DNA from: Octopus bimaculoides
Taxonomy: Eukaryota
Length of the DNA stretch: 64,000 nt
Direction of reading: 5' to 3'
Assembly (NCBI RefSeq): GCF_001194135.2
Contig: NC_068998.1
Span: forward strand, 39,743,085-39,807,084
Part shown: positions 61,790 to 64,000 of the stretch, in pieces
Position numbering within the stretch: the first letter of the stretch is position 1
How the letters are laid out: every line of letters starts with the position of its first letter
Program-made: the position numbers and the translations under genes
The notes under the pieces: generated by a model
Told to the model about the DNA's origin: nothing
Database searches by the model: none
The model's input: only the letters and a program-made list of their open reading frames with translations

Positions 61790-62050
61790 CTGTGTTTCCA
61801 ACTGGGGTCCATATGACCCTTGGGGTGAGGTTTGGGTGGTTTCCATATAAGATTTTGTTATTAATGATTATGTGTAATAAATGGGTTACAATACACAAAA
61901 TATTTTAACAATTTTTTAATACAATTCCTAATAATATTTAATTATAAAAATTGAATAGGATATTTTTAGACACTGAATGGGTACAAGGGTTAATCAGAGT
62001 AAAATAGGAATCAAGTGGGTCCATAGGTAAAAATTGGTTGAGAAACACTG
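61790..62050. mobile_element. hAT MITE, 261 bp
   Basis: Imperfect TIR CTGTGTTTCCAACT / GGTTGAGAAACACTG; 8-bp TSD GTTTAAAC / GTTGAAAC (one mismatch). Confidence 0.75.
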
Positions 62051-62544
62051 GTTGAAACTGTTTAATCTGTCTTTTTCCATTGATGGAACAATGTCCAACC
62101 TGTAGAGAAAAAGTCACATCAACTTTATTTTATCTGATAGTTTTTCTTTTAGCTATAGTATGTTAAAGGAATTTAGTTCATTAATGAAAAAAGTTAATTG
62201 TTTGGGGGAATTATCTCCTTTTAATTGCTAATTCTGATATTGTATTTCTTTTGTGTTCATTAATTCATGGACAAGATCATACAAATGTCAGTACAGACGT
62301 AGGAAATGCACTATTGTATCAGATGTTTTGGTTTATTATAGTCTCAAGTATAGGTTGAAATATTGCCTTGTGTAGCGGTTAAGGTATCGTCTAATGTTAA
62401 AGGAAGAGGTATACCACAGCAGCCATGTGTAGTTATAGCTTTACTATACTCCTGTAATATTTCTTGTAAGATTTGACTAAAACAGGAGTAGATAATGATT
62501 TTGTTAATTTCCATTGCGAAGCAAGATAGTTGACATATGTGTGT

Positions 62545-62569
62545 TTGTGTGTATGTATATATATATATT

Positions 62570-62605
<36 letters not shown>

Positions 62606-62659
62606 TGTATAAATATGAATATATATATAGATATACATAAATATATATATATACACACA

Positions 62660-62716
<57 letters not shown>
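62545..62716. repeat. (TA)n/(CA)n compound microsatellite
   Basis: Visible directly. Confidence 0.95.
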
Positions 62717-62719
<3 letters not shown>

Positions 62720-63421
62720 TTTAAAAGTTCTGGTTAGCTGTGACTTAAGTTGGCTCTCTTTAATGTGTAGTGGTGGTGGTTTTGGTGGTGGTAGTGATGA
62801 TGTTGTTGAGTTGTCCTCATTCATTTCTGCTTGAGCAGGCCTATAGCATGGCATGAACAATAGCAATTTGTACTGTCTGGAGCAACCCTAGGTGATGTTC
62901 AGCATGTTGGTTTTGGTTAAACTTTCGAGTGCCTAACCCTGATTCTAAACTATAACCACCCTAGCTACCTTGATCTTTACTATGGTGCATGTTGCCCAAA
63001 ATTTTTTACCTTTAAACTATGTGATCCTTATTTGTTATGGGAGATTTGGCTGTTACATTGACCATGTCAAGTGACTACTCAGAGGCTCTATCTCCATAAA
63101 TTCATGTGACCCCTATATTGTAGAGTTGGTGTGTTTTATTGGAAGTGGTTCAGGTATTTATTTTTATGTTGGGTTTTGTGAACAGAAGTTTTGTTGGTTG
63201 TATGTTTTCAACAGGCCAATCTTTAGTTCACTAGTATTTCTGAAGGTGAGGATAACAAGGGAGTATTTGCACAACTATGGGTAAACAAATATCACTAGGG
63301 ATTTTTGTTCTGAAAGATGTTTACATTTTACACCAAAATACTCACATTAAATTGTTACTAGAGAAAGGTTAACTGACTTTGAAGTTTTGGTCAAGTATTT
63401 GATCATAGTTCCTCGATTGTT

Positions 63422-63590
63422 GCTGTATAGTCTCAGTTTTGAGGACTTATACTGTATAGTCCCAAATTTAAGAGCTTTTACTATGAAGTCCAAAAGTTAA
63501 GGACTTGACTACTGTATAGTCCAAATTTAGGGACTTACACTGTATCCCAGTTTTAAGGACTTACTCTACATAGTCTCAATTTTAAAGCTA
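63422..63590. repeat. Degenerate minisatellite, about 28-31-bp unit, six copies
   Basis: ACTGTATAGTC(C/T)CAAATTT(A/T)AGGACTT repeated head to tail with no unique spacers. Confidence 0.8.
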
Positions 63591-64000
63591 ACTTGTTTAC
63601 AAGAATTTGATTGCTACATTGACAGGTCAAGAACCTATGCAGAAGCTCTTGTGTTGACATTGAGTCCCTTGTTGGCTCAAGAAACCCTGTCAGTTTGTCA
63701 TGAAAAATGCTCTCTTAGAATTGTTGGAGTGTCTGAAAAATTTCTCTGTGGTGTTTCATTCAGATGTTTATGTTCTGAGTTCAAATTGCACTGACATCAC
63801 TTTTACCTTTCATCACTCTGGTGGAGTCAATGAAATATAGTTCCACTCAAATACTGAGGTTGATGGTATCGCCTAGTCTCTTCCCTCATAATTACTGGCC
63901 TTGAGCCTTAATTAGAAACATTATTATTATTATTATTTTATTGAGGAAATGGACTCAAAGAAATGGTAGAATGATAGGCAAACAACCATTTGTTCCATAA

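Noticed and set aside
63422-63590. CRISPR-like array
   Set aside because: Units are adjacent and degenerate with no unique spacers, there are no cas genes, and the context is eukaryotic. The same applies to 8144-8330 and 35480-35660.
59092-64000. TMEM9 terminal coding exon (RWKxQVxEQR motif)
   Set aside because: Not found by eye in this interval; presumably beyond the window.

Overview
AT-rich, repeat-dense animal genomic DNA. The tRNA-headed SINE families, microsatellite load and intron sizes point to an octopus or related coleoid cephalopod (inference). Four spliced protein-coding genes can be reconstructed by hand. (1) The first coding exon of a FERM-domain gene, most like EPB41L5/yurt (minus, 17709-17867); the rest appears to lie left of the window. 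(2) A complete two-exon TMEM177 CDS (plus, 32801-34826, 306 aa). (3) A complete three-exon Ly6/uPAR (three-finger, quiver/sleepless-like) GPI-anchored protein gene (minus, 40882-37625, 130 aa) that the ORF track shows only in part. (4) The first four coding exons of a TMEM9-family gene (plus, 48678-59091; C-terminal exon not found). The remainder is SINEs, decayed Tc1/mariner elements (two DD34D-type, one DD37D), hAT- and piggyBac-type MITEs, LINE and Gypsy remnants, long fold-back elements, mini/microsatellites and three N gaps. Almost all other ORFs in the track are repeat or low-complexity noise. Main leads: the hidden three-finger gene, a FERM-TMEM177 neighbourhood that mirrors human 2q14.2, a uORF whose UAG stop sits in frame two codons before the TMEM177 ATG, several near-perfect hairpins in introns, and a sharp CpG-depleted/CpG-retaining pattern that tracks gene bodies and promoters. 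No prokaryotic system or CRISPR array is present.
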